NCBI GenBank assembly: GCA_038217285.1
Contig: JBBQPO010000123.1
Location: 1-17,135, forward strand
Length of the DNA: 17,135 nucleotides
DNA from: Chthonomonadales bacterium
Lineage (GTDB): Bacteria; Armatimonadota; Chthonomonadetes; Chthonomonadales; Chthonomonadaceae
Reading direction: 5' to 3'
In this document: one piece after another, positions 15,608 through 17,135 of the stretch
Layout of the letters: each line of letters opens with the position of its first letter
How positions within the stretch are numbered: position 1 is the first letter of the stretch
The notes under the pieces: model-generated
Seen by the model: the letters and a program-made list of their open reading frames with translations, nothing else
Database searches by the model: none
Told to the model about the DNA's origin: nothing
Made by a program: the position numbers and the translations under genes

Positions 15608-16749
15608 CAATACCTTCGCCAAAACGGGTGGCGGATCATGAATGAGAATAGGGCTTTCGGGTCGAAGTTGTAGACGCCAATCCAACAACTTTCGGAAGCC
15701 GAAAAACCATGCCCGATATTTTACCCGTCTTGCTCCTGCTCTCGCCCGTTTTGTCCCGAAAAATCTTGTCGTCAACTCCACCACATCGTCGTCGCCATGC
15801 TCGCCATGACAGGACGCATTACTCAGCTCGGCATCTCACGATGGACCGAAAAAGGAGGCAGCTACCGCACCATCCAACGCTTCTTTCACACTGAAATCGA
15901 TTGGCTGGCCGTCAAATGGCGCTTCTTCACCCTGTTTTGTTATGATCCCAACGGCATCTACCTGCTCGCAGGCGATGAAAGCGTGGTCACCAAATCCGGC
16001 AAGCATACCTTCGGATTGGATCGTTTCTTCGCTTCTCTTTACGACAAAGCCGTCCCAGGTCTGGCCTTCTTCTCGATGGCTCTGGTGCATGTGGGCAATC
16101 GACACGCCTACTCCCTTTCCAACGAACAAGTAGTCCGCACCGACGAGGAGAAGCAGCAAGCCAGGCAACGCAAACAAAAACAAAAGAGCGCAAAGCAGCA
16201 GAAGACTTCTCCACCCGACCCACCCCAAAAGCCTTGCGGTCGTCCGAAGGGGAGCAAAACAAGAACAAATTTAGCAGTGATCTGTTTTTGGGTGCCGAGG
16301 CGCTCGTGGACTATTACCGCTTGCGCTGCCAGATCGAGTTTACGTTTCGCGATGCCAAGCAGCACTTTGGTCTGGAGGACTTCATGGGTCTGACCAAGAC
16401 CTGCGTGGCCAATGCGATGAGCCTGTCTCTGTTTATGGTGAACCTGTCGAGCTACCTGTTGGGTTCTCTGCGCTCGCGCTCTTCGGGGGCAGGGATTTCG
16501 GACCTGAAGAGTTGGTATCGGGGACATCATTACGCTTCTGCCCTGCTAAAAATGCTTCCGCAAAACCCGGATGCCATTATTTGTGAGCAGATCATGGAGC
16601 AGATATGTCGGCTGGGTTGTATCCATTTGCCGCCTGGGAATGCTCCTCGGGAGAAAAGGGCGGCCTAAAGGAGCCGATTTGGCGCACGTCCCGGCGAACA
16701 CACCCAAAGTGTGGCATTCGGGTACGCGTCAGAATTGGCGAAGGTATTG
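15608..16749 (+). mobile_element. IS4-like (DDE) insertion sequence, internally deleted, with intact ends
   Basis: Perfect terminal inverted repeats CAATACCTTCGCCAA (15608-15622) / TTGGCGAAGGTATTG (16735-16749) enclose transposase fragments. No target-site duplication is visible. Confidence 0.85.
15709..16668 (+). pseudogene. DDE transposase pseudogene (IS4/IS701-like)
   Basis: Three fragments. (1) MPDILPVL... (2) MLAMTGRITQLGISRWTEKGGSYRTIQRFF...YLLAGDE (first Asp)...GRPKGSK. (3) FSSDL...YYRLRCQIEFTFRDAK (Y-2-R-3-E-6-K)QHFGLEDF. Frameshifts near 15765 and 16258. The middle of the catalytic domain is missing. Confidence 0.88.
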
Positions 16750-17135
16750 CTCATTGCACACCTTTAGTTACACTCTACTATAAGCCAAAATGCATATCTT
16801 GACTGAAAGCAACTCCACCCGTCTAAATTACCAATCATTCGAAGCGAGCATCCAAGGGACCAGGGATGAAGTTCGACTATCCGGAGATATCGAAAACAAG
16901 GGAACATTTGGTAGATGTCACACGTCGCTGCCGGTGACGGTCAATTAGATGGAGCCATCAACGAAAGACAGTCCACCGGAAGGATCCGCACCGACAATAG
17001 ATGATCCGACGAATAGATTTTTGCCCATTTCCGGGCAGGCTATCGCGGCGGGGGGAGCAGACAGACTACTCCCTCCGAAAGGTGTTACCAACGGTCTGTT
17101 TGTCACTTCCTTAAACGAGGGGCAGAGACCTCGTT

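Noticed and set aside
16250-16270. Programmed frameshift in the transposase
   Set aside because: There is no canonical slippery heptamer. Together with the other frameshift and the internal deletion, decay is the simpler explanation.
16949-17135. Open frame from ATG 16949 to the window end (MEPSTKDSPPEG...)
   Set aside because: No clear RBS or recognisable motif. It cannot be supported without downstream sequence.
1-17135. CRISPR array, tRNA or rRNA genes
   Set aside because: No regularly spaced repeats or tRNA/rRNA signatures were seen on reading either strand.

Overview
GC-rich bacterial window. The gene content (a DUF1549/DUF1553 cytochrome protein, a Tat-signal aldo/keto reductase, an LGGC-GGG Ig-like lipoprotein) suggests Armatimonadota or a PVC-like lineage, but this is inference only. 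Bases 1-14091 look like core chromosome. In order: the 3' end of an S8 protease; a PSCyt1-DUF1549-DUF1553 protein; a cold-shock gene preceded by a sigma-54-type promoter; rplU-rpmA with a structured leader; a Tat-AKR and an NAD-dependent epimerase; an apparent minus-strand operon (thrC, dinB-like, divergent DprA/SLOG gene, and a single-chain GAF-GAF-HisKA_3-HATPase-REC-LuxR protein); mutY; and a VOC gene. Bases ~14095-17135 are a decayed accessory region. It holds a large serine recombinase pseudogene that the ORF track misses, an inverted repeat over its RBS, an Ig-like lipoprotein, an internally deleted IS4-like element with intact terminal inverted repeats, and a hairpin-rich unexplained tail.
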